The position numbers and the translations under genes are program-made. Positions 11,949-25,366 of a stretch of DNA of 56,855 bases are shown here, piece after piece. Source of the stretch: Octopus bimaculoides. Its lineage: Eukaryota. The number at the start of each line of letters is the position of its first letter. The first letter of the stretch is position 1. The notes below the pieces were generated by a model that had not been told where the DNA came from, ran no database searches, and saw only the letters and a list, made by a program, of their open reading frames with translations. The stretch spans positions 29,587,917-29,644,771 of the forward strand of contig NC_068996.1 of the NCBI RefSeq assembly GCF_001194135.2, given 5' to 3'.

Positions 11949-12740
11949 GTAAGTTTTTAATCTTGTTATCAATGGAATTTTTTTAATGCAAACTGTAACT
12001 TTAAGCATTAACTCTAATGAAGTTCTTTTGTCTCATACAGAGCTTATCTGATTTATTCAAATAATGCTTCCAGTTGAAGACTAACATTTTATTAACACTG
12101 AAGAATTGCATATTATTTACAATATCTTTGAGAAAATGCTGAAATTCTTTGCTCATCAAAAGTATTTTACAAATTTTTTCTTTTTTATCACTAAGTATTA
12201 CATTCATTATGATGTACATGCATGCATAAACATTTGTGAATGTAGTTCAGTTAAAAGGAAATAAGCCATAATATAGATTACTTTCAAAATGTAAATGATT
12301 GAAATGAATAGGTAAATGTTTCCGAATAGTTATTTTGTATAGGCAACCTCCTCAGCAGTAAAGGAAAGTACTCACAAAGTATAGTAATCTGAATGAGAAT
12401 TATTGAAACAGTTTAGAGAGCTAATTACTTTGCTGGCAGCAATGGTATTATTTTTGAAAGATAAGTGGCTGTGTAATGACATGATGATACTGAAATTAAA
12501 GAGTGTGCACAGGTTGAAGCATGCTTCATTAGATGGGCAAAACTAGTATACATGAATGATGTAGTACAGGTAGTACCATATAATAAGCTACACACACAAC
12601 ATTGCCTTGTGCTTTTAACACACTATGTCCATATGAGATGGTATTCCTGGATAACTGTCACAGTAATTGGCCTATCAACAGTATATATGATACAAAGATT
12701 GGTATGTGTGTGTATGTGTAGATATGTATCATCAGTTTTT

Positions 12741-13240
12741 TAATGTCTACTTTTCCATGCTTGCATGGGTTAGACAATTTTATTGAGGGAAGTTTTCTAC
12801 AGCAGGACGCCCTCTTTTGTCACCAACACTAGCTAACCTATTTCCAAGTAAAGAAATAGTTTCTTTTGATTAAACATGTTTATCTGGGAGGATTGAGATG
12901 ACCGGTTGTATTCAGTTTTCATCTAGTAAATTCACTCGTAAGGCTTTGATCAGTCCAGGACTTTAGTAGAAGACACTTATCCAAGGTGTTACACAGTGAA
13001 ATTGAGCTCAGAACCATGTGGTTGAGAAGCAAACTTCATACACAATCCACCTGTACCTGTGTGCATGTGTAATGTCAACTTTTTGATGTTTGTGTGGGTA
13101 GGATAGAGGTTTTTGAAACAGATTATCTACAGCTTGATGCCCTTCTTGTTACTAATCCTCACTTGTTTGCAAACAAGGTTATATTTCCCCATTGTTAGAT
13201 ATGTTCTTGGTGTTGGAAATGAATGACACTACTTGTGTAA
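12741..13240 (-). mobile_element. Old RTE-type tail pieces with a SINE head (12905-13058) between them
   Basis: tttaatgtctacttttccatgcttgcatgggttagac; gacacttatccaaggtg...agaaccatgtggttgagaagcaaac; ctacagcttgatgcccttc. Confidence 0.6.
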
Positions 13241-13243
13241 CAG

Positions 13244-13858
13244 TCATCATCATCATCATCATCATCATCGTTTAATGTCCGCTTTCCATGCTAGCATGGG
13301 TTGGACGATTTGACTGAGGACTGGTGAAACCGGATGGCAACACCAGGCTCCAATCTAATTTGGCAGAGTTTCTACAGCTGGATGCCCTTCCTAACGCCAA
13401 CCACTCAGGGAGTGTAGTGGATGCTTTTACGTGTCACCCGCACGAAAACGGCCACACTCGAAATGGTGTCTTTTATGTGCCACCCGCACAAGAGCCAGTC
13501 CAGGGGTACTGGCAACGATCTCGCTCGAAAACCCTACAAAGGCCAGTCAGGCAGTACTGGCAATAGTCACGCTCAAGATGGTACATCTTATGTGCCACCC
13601 GCACAAGAGCCAGTCCAGGGGGCACTGGCAACGATCTCACTTGGCTTGCCAGGTCTTCTCACACACAGCACATTTCCAAAGGTCTCGGTCAGTAGTCATC
13701 GCCTCGGTGAGGCCCAATGTTCAAAGGTCTTGCCTCACCACCTCAGCCCAGGTCTTCCTGGGCCTACCTCTTCCACGGGTTCCCTCAACTGTTAGGGTGT
13801 GGCACTTTTTCACGCAGCTATCCTCATTCATTCTCACCACATGTCCAAACCAGCGTAA
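13244..13858 (-). mobile_element. Young 5'-truncated RTE LINE (ORF2 C-terminus, 3' UTR, (GAT)n tail)
   Basis: Minus strand encodes LRWFGHVVRMNEDSCVKKCHTLTVEGTRGRGRPRKTW; 3' UTR has a ~116-bp internal repeat. Confidence 0.92.
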
Positions 13859-13989
13859 CAGTGATATTGATTTGTCTTATCACATGTTGTCAAGACAGAG
13901 ATTGGGCTACACACACAGATGGGCTTCCTTCAGTTTCTATTTACCAAATGAAAATTGGGAAAGCCCTTGATCCATCAGGAATACCTTTT

Positions 13990-15100
13990 GAGATGTAGTT
14001 TGTTCCCTGTTCGGGAGATGCTCTCTTTATAGTTTGGCAACTACAGAAGTATTTATCAAAAAGTAAACCACTGTACTTAGCATTCATTGATCTGGTAGAA
14101 GCCTTTGACAGGGTGCCTTGATGCCTTATCTGGTAGTCACCGCAGAAGCTAGAAGTGGAATAATGGCTAGTGAGGGTTGACAATGAGTACAGCAATGGAT
14201 TCAGTGTGCAGGTAGGTCATTGGTTATCAATCCCCTCTTTTTTATCATGGGAACTCCTCTATGCTGATGATCTTGTTTTGTTTTGTTTTTTTTTAGCTGA
14301 AAGTATAGAAGAATTAGAATTAACATTCTAAATGTGGAAACAAAGCCTGAAATTAAAGGGTCTTGCAGTTAACTTAGCAAAGGCTTAAGTTCTTAGCAGG
14401 AAGACAATCAAAACATTAATCCCTTTGGAGAAATGGCCCTGTTCCATCAGGTAGAAACTCCAGATGGTGTGCTCAGTACAAAACTGTGGTCACATGAGAG
14501 ACGCAGTGGAATCACAGCAAGGTTAAAAGAGAAAGTAGATTTTGAGGCAATGTGCCTGATGTGATAAGAGCACACTGGTGTTCTGAAATGCTCAGGACAT
14601 AGTAGGGAACCTCCTGTTCTGTTATCTAGGTGGTTTAATTGGCAGCAGAGGAGGGGGCTCTGAAAATATAGTTGCAAAAATTGGGATTGGCTGGCAAAGA
14701 GTTCAAACAATTTTTATTTTTGTTGGTAGCAGAAGGCCTTTCTTTCAATGGTAGGTATGATGATCCTTGAGTACAAACAGCAGTGTTTCATGGCTCTGAA
14801 TACAGAGAACTGGCGAAGACTTGAAAGAAATGAAACAAATATGCCCCAGTGGATATGCAGTGTCATTGTGCATGTATGACAAATGTATTTTGAGAAAAAT
14901 TGGCATAAGAGGCATCAGATGTGTGCAGGAAAAAAGAGTGGATAAGGACAGCTGTAAAAGAAGTACCGATAGCTTAACATGTAAGAAATATGTGGAAAAG
15001 GTAGACTTACAAAATGATGAAGACTGATCCCAAAATGTTGAGCCTCTGAGAAAAGATGACAGGCACCAAGATGAATGGTATTGTTAATGAGCTTGAAAAG
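13990..15100 (+). mobile_element. Degenerate RTE LINE RT to C-terminus
   Basis: KYLSKSKPLYLAFIDLVEAFDRVP, LLYADDL, WKQSLKLKGL, LRKIGIRGIRCVQEK, with many stops and frameshifts. Confidence 0.8.
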
Positions 15101-15339
15101 ATCTGTCCATTTCAACAGAATTGAAATTCTCTGAAGTTTTTCATGACAATTCATCTTCTGACACTCGCTTTTCTATCAATCTTTTACAAGAATGGGCTGA
15201 AAGGTTCATAGGCTGACTATAAAGGAGTGATTCTAGAACTGTGAAATCTTGCATGCATTCATTTCAACTCTACTTGCATCATTTCTTTCCATGCAAACTG
15301 ACACCTGACTGTTAAAAGAAAACTTCAAAACTAACTAGT

Positions 15340-15660
15340 AACAACTTGTCTTGAAAATAGACAAAATTTGGCATACTGATATTATCAAGTACCTGCAGAA
15401 AAAGGCTTTAGCCCTGCCAAGGACATTAATATTGACATAATTTCTACATTAGGGGATGATGCTTCAGCTTTATCAATAGTGCAAGAGTGGGCAGTTGAAT
15501 TAGTAGGGTAAAGGAGAGTCTTAAAGATGAGCCATGGTCTGGACATCCTGCAACTGACACCACTGAGGAAAACATTGTGTTCACTACATGGTGATAGCTG
15601 ACAGGGCAATTGACTACAAATCAAATAGCCAATGCTATTAGCATAAGCATTGTGAGGTTG
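15340..15660 (+). mobile_element. Mariner transposase HTH fragment
   Basis: DIISTLGDDASALSIVQEWAV...ESLKDEPWSGHPATDTTEENI resembles the mariner EDxPRSGRP region. Confidence 0.7.
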
Positions 15661-15850
15661 AGAATTGAGAATTAGAAAGAAAATGGTAAAGAGAGCTGCA
15701 ATGAAAAAAGAAAGGAAGAGTTAGAGAGTTGTGCAAGAAGCATGAACTTGTTAGTTGGTTGGGGCATGCATGGATATATGTGAGCATGCAAGTGAGGGCC
15801 AGCCTTATTACATTTTATGTCATGCTGAATCTCCATGAGAATTACATTAA

Positions 15851-16034
15851 CCCTTTAGCATTCTGATTACTCATTCTGTTTATTTATTCACATTGTTGTT
15901 TTGAATTAATTCTGATAGTTTTTTTTTTTTTTAATGATATTGTACAGTAGGTGTGAGTGGCTCTGTGTGGCTGGTTTGAATATGAAACAGATAATATATT
16001 TGTGTCAGATGGGGTCGGTTTAAATGCTAAAAGG
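15851..16034. mobile_element. piggyBac-type MITE
   Basis: TTAA|ccctttagcatt ... aatgctaaaagg|TTAA; related copies at 25441-25577 and 46746-46961. Confidence 0.8.
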
Positions 16035-16829
16035 TTAAGGGTATGCATGTCTGTGTAGCACTCAGCCACTTGCACATTAATTTCATGAGCAGACTGTTCT
16101 ATTGATTGAATCATCTGGAACCATCATCATTGTAACTAAGAGAGTGCCAGTTATATGCATGTAATAAAGTGTGTGTACATGTAGAAAAACCCTGTCAGGT
16201 GTAAAATGTGTCTGGTGCATGCAAGGATGTTGGGCAGACTTCAGGTTCTTGCATGCTTATCTGGCAATCACTCTCTGATAAAAGCTGAGGTGTGGCAGCC
16301 TGGAAACACTTGGACAATACTAAGAAGCTGTTTAATCTAAATCACAAAGGTGATTCGTGTATCAGTTTTAGTAAACAGCTCTGTGAAGTTGCTTCACCTA
16401 CACTGGGATTTATTGAAAGAAAACACCAGGATTGATTTAAAGAAAATAAATGACATTAACTGATGCTGATCATGACAATATTGGATGAAAAGTAAATGAC
16501 ACTTTACAAATTGCTCTCTTGTCCTGTGCCAGAATGTGAACAGGATACGCAGAGAAAGATTTTAAATATTGCAAGGCTAAGAATCTAATGAGAGTTATGG
16601 GCAGCAAAGGACATGTGGTGACAAGAAAAAGCCCCAAAGTTCAAACATCTACTGACGAATGAGATTCAGAAGCTCTCTGCCACTGTTCTCTCCGTCTTTG
16701 CACTTCTGTGAGATGAATCAGAGCCATGTGGTAGTAAAGTTTTAAGCAATGTCTTGAATGGTGCAGCTGTAGCAAGTCCTGATATTATTGATGGGCTTGC
16801 ACAGACACCTGTGATCCACCAGCTTGAGG

Positions 16830-17110
16830 AATAGCAGGAATAGGAGGAATAGTAGCATTGTTGCTGAACTGATTCAGAAAGATGGAGATGAGATACTGGA
16901 ACTTTTATCTACCATATTGGTAGATAAAAGCCCCATTAACTCATCACCACTGGGAAGACCAAGGAAGACATTGTGCAGTACATTCCAAGATGACATAATA
17001 GCATTGGATGTTGGCCTAAGTGGAGCCAGGCAGATGGTGAGCAGTCAAGATATTTGGAGAAAGCTTTTCGTCGTGCCGACAGCACTCAAGGATCTAATAG
17101 CTGTGTGTAT
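16830..17110 (+). mobile_element. Old RTE-like ORF2 C-terminal fragment
   Basis: GRPRKTLCSTFQDDI...A.QM...QDIWRKL resembles the RTE C-terminal GRPRKTW...D...WR motif. Confidence 0.5.
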
Positions 17111-17263
17111 GGGGTGGGGGGATCAAACTCCCTCATTCACCATATGTCACATATCAGAGGTTTGAAGTAGGGAGAACAGCTAATGACAGTGCTCCAGCAA
17201 GGCTGCAGGTTTTGAGTTGAAAGCAGTAAAAAAACAAAAGCTGTATATACGTATATAAAGATA

Positions 17264-17760
17264 TCTGTATATATAAAAGGCAGGATGTGTGTGAACGTGA
17301 ATGTAATTTATGCACGTCCACAAATTAGCACGCATGTCACTCCAATTTTAGGAGGACATTCGTCATGACCCTATCTGCATTTTCGTCAACTTTTTCTCTC
17401 AAAGGCACCTTGCGTATAGCTGTAAAAATCGATTTTCAACCATAACTTTTACCAATTTTGAAGTTTGCTAACATGGTGAAGTGAAAGTATGCATGTGAGG
17501 GAGAGAGAGAAATTGTGTGTTGATTGATGTATGTGTGTGAGAGGGGGAGTGAGGGAGAGAAGAGATTGTTTGCAAGCGTCTAACAAAAAAAAAGTAAAGA
17601 AAATGTGGGAGAGGAGACAAAGCGTCTAACGAAAGAAAAGGGAGGTGTGAGTAAGGAAGACAGTGTCAGCGTTCATGAAAAATGAAAATGTGAAATGCTT
17701 TTTTTTTATTGCTTAAATGTGAGATATAGTTTCAAATATAGGATGTTTTTGAAAGACACT
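17264..17760 (+). mobile_element. Possible Helitron-like non-autonomous element, 5' part
   Basis: A|TCtgtatatataaaaggcaggatgtgtgt start resembles A|TCttaatatataaagctgaagatgtgtgt at 50192; CpG-richer than flanks; 3' hairpin/CTRR not found. Confidence 0.3.
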
Positions 17761-18994
17761 ATATTTTAGAATGAGATTATATATACTTTCAAACACAACA
17801 ATTAAAATATATTTATTTTAAATCGTCCATCTTTCTCCCCCCCTCTCACTCTCTCTTTCTTTCTCTCTCTCTCTCTCTCNNNNNNNNNNNNNNNNNNNNN
17901 NNNNNNNNNNNNNNNNNNNNNNNNNNNNNNNNNNNNNNNNNNNNNNNNNNNNNNNNNNNNNNNNNNNNNNNNNNNNNNNNNNNNNNNNNNNNNNNNNNNN
18001 NNNNNNNNNNNNNNNNNNNNNNNNNNNNNNNNNNNNNNNNNNNNNNNNNAAAAAAGTTTATTGACAATCCATTTATTTAACAACAATGAAACAAAGTGGT
18101 ATGTAACAATTTGTCAGTGAATTACACAATATAAATGGGTAAAATTTCCAAGGCTTCCACCACACCCCAACCTGTTTTTCGGACCACAAAAAGAGTTTTC
18201 TAGCATATCAGCAGGCCAAGATAGTTGATTCCACGCAAAATATCCGATTTATTTTTTTCTTAGTGAAAATCGTGCGAGTGTTATCTAAAAATTTAGCTGG
18301 AGTTTTTCATGGTAAATTTGAGATTTAAAAAAATTTTTTTATCCATATTCTTAATCTCCGTATTTTTCCCATACATTGAAAAGTAGATGGTGAAAAGATC
18401 AATGTGTGGGGGGAGTGAAATTCCGAGGATTTCAGCACACCGGTTGCAGGCATCCATTTGAGGGAGCCATGCTTTTCACATGGGCAACTTTATGTGGCCT
18501 GCTCCCGTGTGGGTAGTAGAAATGTTCTTTTTGTGTATGCTCCTCAGGGCAGAGCACACAATGTTGTCTATAGCGAAGTTTTATAGACAAGTTGTCATTG
18601 CAGCCGATGTGGTTAAAATGATATGGCATCAATTTGAGATAGAATAGACAGAAGCAACAGCCCAAGAATAGAACTGCACAACTGTTGCTTCTTATACACT
18701 ACAAAACTCCTGCTACTCCCTACTATCAAACAAACTAGATATACATATATTTTTGTATTTTTAACAGTACTATTTTTCTCACTGTTATACCAGCAGTGTA
18801 AAATAGTAAAATGCACCATTTATTTGGATTTCCTAATAGTTTACAGTCCTACTATAATTATTTAGAAGTTGTTTTTATTTGATTTTGGTATTTTCTATAG
18901 ATTTCAGGTTTTTTTTATATTGTGGTTTCAATTCCAAAGAGATGTTTTCTTTTCCTATATTTAATGCCGGTAACATTTTTTTTTTTTCTTCCAG

Positions 18995-19065
18995 GTTTTA
19001 TTGTGATAACTGTTGTAAGACAAAAGGTAAACAGGGTAAAAAGGAAGGCAAATATACTTGCAAAC
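18995..19065 (+). CDS. CREBBP: CBP/p300 exon (71 nt): FYCDNCCKTKGKQGKKEGKYTCK, end of PHD
   Basis: (t)nccag acceptor, gtgagt donor; aligns to human FVCDNCLKKTGRPRKENKFSAKR; phases 2 in, 1 out fit the neighbours. Confidence 0.93.
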
Positions 19066-19485
19066 GTGAGTTACACTTACTTTTCTTCATAAGTTATAAA
19101 TTTTTTGGAAGTTCTTAGTTTTGTAGTAGATACCAAAATATAATTTTAAAATAAATTTGCCATTAAGAAATTAATGATTGCAGTGTTAAAATTTATTTTA
19201 TTTTTACACTTGTTCTTTTAATTTTTTTTTTATTAATCTATGATGTTGAAGTTATGTTTACCAGTGTCTAATTTGAGAGGTTAATTGGTTAGATTTGTTT
19301 CCTATTTCATATTGTAATTTTATCAAGATTAATTTAAACTGTTTTGTTTAATAACAAATTTTCTGATTCTATATTTCTTTCTGATTGGAATTCTGATTAT
19401 GTAGTATAGGCAAAGGCAAACCAGCTTGGTAGAGTCCGTACTTGTACAAGTTATTGATTATGGTAGTTACAAACCTGAGCCTTAA

Positions 19486-20023
19486 TTCTTTCATTACTAT
19501 ATTTCTAACCAAAATACACCCTTTATGTGTGTCAATCAAATTCTAAAATATTTGTGAATTTAGACTGGGTTTTTTTTTTATCATTATTATTATTATTATT
19601 ATTAATATATTAATGTGATTTTGGGGAACATAATTTAACAAAGGTTCTTAACCAACCAAATTTATTGAATGATTTTTGTCCCAAAGCAAATCTCAAGTAA
19701 ATATAGGAAATTCAACAAAATATACCAGTTGAACTTAAATGCATATTAGACAGGTGTACCATAAAGGTAAAATAAAACAAAATACAGGAATTTATCTTTG
19801 AAGAAAACTGAAAAATGCACACACCATCAACTAAATGAAATAAACTCATATACATACATGTATATACAGAAACATATATAATAAGGATTCACAATACAAA
19901 TTAATTGATTTGTATTAAATTAATACAAATTAATTTCAAGGTTTTTTTGGTTGGATCTGACAAGCTGGTTAACCTGTGCCAAAAAAATTCTTGGATAGTT
20001 TGGGTAGGTTTGTAGCAAAAGGG
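19486..20023. mobile_element. ~540-bp TTAA-flanked piggyBac-type non-autonomous element
   Basis: TTAA|ttctttcattac ... gtagcaaaaggg|TTAA; second copy at 22437-22950 shares e.g. ttagacaggtgtaccataaaggtaaaa. Confidence 0.65.
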
Positions 20024-22436
20024 TTAAAGGGAATGATGTAGTTCAGCCATGAATCAAAATACTTAGCTGTTTATACAAATGTTCAGTGTTGTGCATTACT
20101 AATTTCATATTTTGGGAATAAAAATTTTTTAATCTGCTTGTTTAACAGGTGAAAAATTAATCCTTTATACCCTCTGGAATAAAGTCTCAAATTTTTATAT
20201 TACAATTTTATTTCAAGGTTTTTATATAAACTTGCAATGAAGTAGAAAGGTTTGCAAAATTACATTTTGTCTTTAATTTCTCTTCTAAAGTGATCGTTAA
20301 TTAATATATTAGCATTTATAAGAAATATAATTATTAACCACCAAATGAGACTTCATTACTATCATGTCAACATTATGTGCAGCAAATTTGGCCTTAAAGA
20401 AAAGTTCACCTGACAGATTTTCACACAAGTTTCTGTCAGTAAAAAAAAAAAAAATCCACTTGAGATACCAAACTGAGGGGTCAAACCTAGTACTTTGTGA
20501 CTGAAACAAACAGCCATGTGAGTGCACACACACAAAGACAAAGAAGAGAAGAAAAAAACAAAACAAATATGTAACATGAAACAACATATGGCATTGCAGG
20601 TTATTCTCAGAATGATAGAATTCTATCCCATTTAAATGGTGCTGAGACTTCAACTTGGGTAATATTTGAATTCAGTATCTGAGGTTGCATTATAATTGAT
20701 TAAATATGGTAATCATTTAGCAACTTATTTTGCCTTCCACACTACAAAATCTACCAACTATCCAATGACACACACATAGATGGTCTACTAAAGTTCACTT
20801 ACTTGGTTTTGGTCAACCCATGACTATGACAGAAGATGCTTTTTCATGACTGCATTGAGACTAAACTCAGAATCACACAGCCATGCCTTCACTAATAACA
20901 AAACTGGAAACTTGGCAACATTGAATTGTTTGTTTTTTTTTTATAGTAAGCTTCCCTGCAGGTTTTAGATAAAACCAGGATTCTTGCTTGCCTTTGGTAT
21001 TTTAGAACCATTGTCAATGTTAACTCCTACACCATGACTTCTTTAAGCTGTAAAACCACTTTTCTAGGATTCCAAATATGCTAAGATCATGTGATAGGTG
21101 GTTTTATAACTGTGTGTGTGTATGCACATGCACATGATTCTACATAAACTTTTATATTCTAAATAATTAATATCAATTCCCAAAGTAGTTTCAAACATTA
21201 AACAGCTTAGTTTATCATAGATTTTTCACAAATTTCGATCCAAACTGTGGTAAATTAATTTTCAAAAGACATGTTTATCTACTGAACAAGTGAAGTAGAT
21301 GAACATTGTAGTGTAGAGGCAAGAAAAAAACACATCTGTAGGATGTAAACAAAATTATCTAAGCAATCCTAGCTACAGGAAACAAGGTGTTTTCATATTG
21401 TTACATTTTGTATAGATTTGTAAGTTACATTAAATCTATTCATTCATCTTCCATAGTATTATCATGCATCAGATTTATGGATTAGAATAACTTTACATAG
21501 ATGACTGTTAGCTTTTAAATTGTTAAACAACTGAATTGGAACTTAATGTGGAAACTGTAGGTATTATGTGTTTATATGTTTGCAACAAAATGACTCAGAG
21601 GTTTAACACTCATTGATTAAATCTGATGTTATAGTATCAATGACAATTTCAGTCCTTAAAACATTTTGTCTTATGACAACAACTGTAGGAAATGGCACTT
21701 GTTGAAGGTTTCACAGAATGGTGTGGAACCTGAAACAAAATTAGGTTTGAAGCAAACTCATTAACGACATAGCCATTCCTCTGTATATGTGTGTTTCTGT
21801 GCTGGCTTGCATTGAGCTATTTGATGATATGGTCCAACAGGTCCAAAGTCCATTTCTGTTCCATTATCTCAGTTTTGGTATAGCTTTTACTGCTGAATTC
21901 CTTAACACTAACCACTTTATTGAGAGTACTGGGTGCTTTTTGTCATGACACCAGTATGAGCAAGCACCTTGCAATTGGCAATATTAATGAAACCTGTGAC
22001 TTAAGAGAATAAGAGTGGGTTGGAGGTGATTTTAGGCAAGATGATGAAAAGAACAGACTTATTAATTTGGCAGAGTAGTACAGGAGAGAGTAACTGAGCA
22101 AACACTGTTGGGAAAGAAATTTGTATAATGGGTTAATGAGAGAGGTACAGAAAGGGGGTAAGTTGTATAAGGAAGGCTTCAGGATTATAATGATGAATAT
22201 TAGCAGAAGGTGTGGTTGGACGGCTAAAGGAAAGGTGTACGAGTTTTCATGGTGAACTAGAGAGGGAATGATGAGTTAAGAAATTTGTTTCAGAACCACT
22301 TCGTTAGAGGTTGCTGGTTGGCTGGCATTCTATACTATAGCAACAGGTTGACCAATACTTGGTGAGGGAAATTGGTAGGCAGCAGCCTGCTATGTGTGTA
22401 GTCAATATAATCTTATTATTTTGCACATGTTATTAA

Positions 22437-22950
22437 CCTTTTTGTCACTGTATTTGTAACCAAAATACATCCCTTATGTGTTTCAATTAAATTTTACAAT
22501 AATCATGTATTTAGACTGGTTTCATAAAACTATTGTAACTTTTTTTTTACATATATCAACATAATATGATGATGACTAATGTGATTTTTGGAATACAATT
22601 TAACAAAAGGTTCTTAACTAAATCTGTTTCATAATTTTTGTCTGAAAGTGAATCTAAATACATGTAAATTAAACAAAATATTAAATTATTTAAATTCTGT
22701 TTATACATCAGCATAGAAAATAAGTTATTAGCTAATATTCAGTTAGTATGCACTAAATTTTAATATAGAAAAAATGTGCACTTAATGTACATTAGACAGG
22801 TGTACCATAAAGGTAAAACAGAACAAAAAACTGGAAGTTGTCTTTGAAGCATACTTGAAAATGAAATACATGCTATTAACTAAATGAAAGCTCACATTCC
22901 TGCATAGATACACAAAAGTACATATGATGATCCACAATACAAATTAATCA
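22437..22950. mobile_element. Second same-orientation copy of the 19486-20023 element
   Basis: aaccaaaatacatcccttatgtgt, atttagactgg, aaaggttcttaac, cacaatacaaattaat are shared; right end not seen. Confidence 0.65.
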
Positions 22951-24005
22951 AAATTTGTCATCTTACAGGTAAATAGAAATAGAAAGTGAGGTAAATTTGA
23001 AAAAGAAATTTATAAACCAAATTCTCACACACACATACACACACACATTTTTTTCTCTCTGTCTGTCTCTCTTTCTATATATATATATATATATNNNNNN
23101 NNNNNNNNNNNNNNNNNNNNNNNNNNNNNNNNNNNNNNNNNNNNNNNNNNNNNNNNNNNNNNNNNNNNNNNNNNNNNNNNNNNNNNNNNNNNNNNNNNNN
23201 NNNNNNNNNNNNNNNNNNNNNNNNNNNNNNNNNNNNNNNNNNNNNNNNNNNNNNNNNNNNNNNNNNNNNNNNNNNNNNNNNNNNNNNNNNNNNNNNNNNN
23301 NNNNNNNNNNNNNNNNNNNNNNNNNNNNNNNNNNNNNNNNNNNNNNNNNNNNNNNNNNNNNNNNNNNNNNNNNNNNNNNNNNNNNNNNNNNNNNNNNNNN
23401 NNNNNNNNNNNNNNNNNNNNNNNNNNNNNNNNNNNNNNNNNNNNNNNNNNNNNNNNNNNNNNNNNNNNNNNNNNNNNNNNNNNNNNNNNNNNNNNNNNTT
23501 TTTTTTTTTTTTTTTTTTCTATTGGAACTGTTGTCAGAATTGTTTCACTTCTGGAAGTAGAAGTATCCAATTCATAAACACTCATGTTTTATGTTTGTAT
23601 GTTTGCTTTATATATAGGCAGATTTTTCTGTCTTCTTTCAAAAATACTTAGAATTCAAACTCCCTGCTTGGTAACATGAAACTGATATCCAGTTTTTGTA
23701 CATAGTGTAACATTTTAGAAAATCAAAGTGGGGAAAAAATCTCCAAAAACTCACAGCACTCAGATATGTTAAATAATGACAGGCAATGTAACTCAATTGT
23801 TTATGTAGTTAAATTACATGATTTCGTGAATGTGTTAATGAGATTAGTGCTGAAATTCTCATTTAAATATGACTAGGTTATTTTGGCTGTTTTCAGCCAG
23901 ACAAGTTAAAGAAAATTTATTACATGTTATTGCATAAATATTTTTTCAACATTTCATTGCCTGTAATTAGTAGCATGCATTTTATAATGAGTAGGTTATA
24001 TATCT

Positions 24006-25104
24006 ATGAAGAGGTGCAGCAACATCAAAGGCAGGTTAACTAGCAAGTTAGTTTTTGTTTGTGACAGATGTTCAGGTGCAATAAAGACTGCAAACAAACA
24101 GGAAACAACTTCTATCTCATTCCAGGGTGAAAAACTAGAGGTAGTCGATAGCTTCCGCTATCTGGGCGACCAAGTTAGTAGTGGGGGTGGGTGCGCTGAA
24201 AGTGTAGCTGCTAGAATAAGAATAGCCTGGGCAAAGTTTAGAGAGCTCTTACCCCTGCTGGCGACAAAGGGACTCTCACTCAGAGTAAAAGGCAGACTGT
24301 ATGACGCATGCGTACGAACAACCATGCTACATGGCAGTGAAACATGGGCTGTAACTGCTGAGGACATACGTAAGCTCGCNNNNNNNNNNNNNNNNNNNNN
24401 NNNNNNNNNNNNNNNNNNNNNNNNNNNNNNNNNNNNNNNNNNNNNNNNNNNNNNNNNNNNNNNNNNNNNNNNNNNNNNNNNNNNNNNNNNNNNNNNNNNN
24501 NNNNNNNNNNNNNNNNNNNNNNNNNNNNNNNNNNNNNNNNNNNNNNNNNNNNNNNNNNNNNNNNNNNNNNNNNNNNNNNNNNNNNNNNNNNNNNNNNNNN
24601 NNNNNNNNNNNNNNNNNNNNNNNNNNNNNNNNNNNNNNNNNNNNNNNNNNNNNNNNNNNNNNNNNNNNNNNNNNNNNNNNNNNNNNNNNNNNNNNNNNNN
24701 NNNNNNNNNNNNNNNNNNNNNNNNNNNNNNNNNNNNNNNNNNNNNNNNNNNNNNNNNNNNNNNNNNNNNNNNNNNNNNNNNNNNNNNNNNNNNNNNNNNN
24801 NNNNNNNNNNNNNNNNNNNNNNNNNNNNNNNNNNNNNNNNNNNNNNNNNNNGGACTGGCTTGTGCGGGTGGCACATAAAAGACACCATTTCGAGCGTGGC
24901 CGTTTTCGTGCGGGTGACACGTAAAAGCACCCACTACACTCTCTGAGTGGTTGGCGTTAGGAAGGGCATCCAGCTGTAGAAACTCTGCCAAATCAGACTG
25001 GAGCCTGGTGTTGCCATCCGGTTTCACCAGTCCTCAGTCAAATCGTCCAACCCATGCTAGCATGGAAAGCGGACGTTAAACGATGATGATGATGATGATG
25101 ATGA
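24006..25104 (+). mobile_element. Young 5'-truncated RTE LINE spanning an N gap
   Basis: Open frame KRCSNIKGRLTSKLVFVCDRC...FRYLGDQVSSGGG...MLHGSETWAVT; 3' UTR and (GAT)7 tail end ~115 nt before the CBP acceptor at 25218. Confidence 0.93.
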
Positions 25105-25218
25105 AATACAATACTTAGAAGTTCTATTTACAAATTTTCGCTTTACTATATGTTGTCATCCCCCACCCCCTCTCTTGTTTGAATATCTCATCAAATTTTA
25201 TTTTACCTTGTTATCCAG

Positions 25219-25366
25219 GTCTCCCGAATACAAAACTTGGAATATATCTAGAGAATCGTGTAAATAATTTCCTTAAAAATAAAGATGCTGGTGCTGGAGA
25301 AGTTACTATCAGAGTTTTGTCAAGTTCTGATAAAACAGTTGAGGTGAAACAAGGAATGAAAAGCAG
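25219..25366 (+). CDS. CREBBP: CBP/p300 HAT exon (148 nt): LPNTKLGIYLENRVNNFLKNKDAGAGEVTIRVLSSSDKTVEVKQGMKS
   Basis: ttatccag acceptor, gtaggt donor; aligns to human LGNHLEDRVNKFL...SSDKTVEVKPGMKSR. Confidence 0.96.

Noticed and set aside
19410-19428. AG..GT-bounded 19-nt segment as a microexon
   Set aside because: Not a multiple of three, weak pyrimidine tract and donor.
22000-22390. Purine-rich tract (similar tracts at 44225-44500 and, inverted, 47250-47560)
   Set aside because: Probably old TE sequence, but no motif could be read to assign it.
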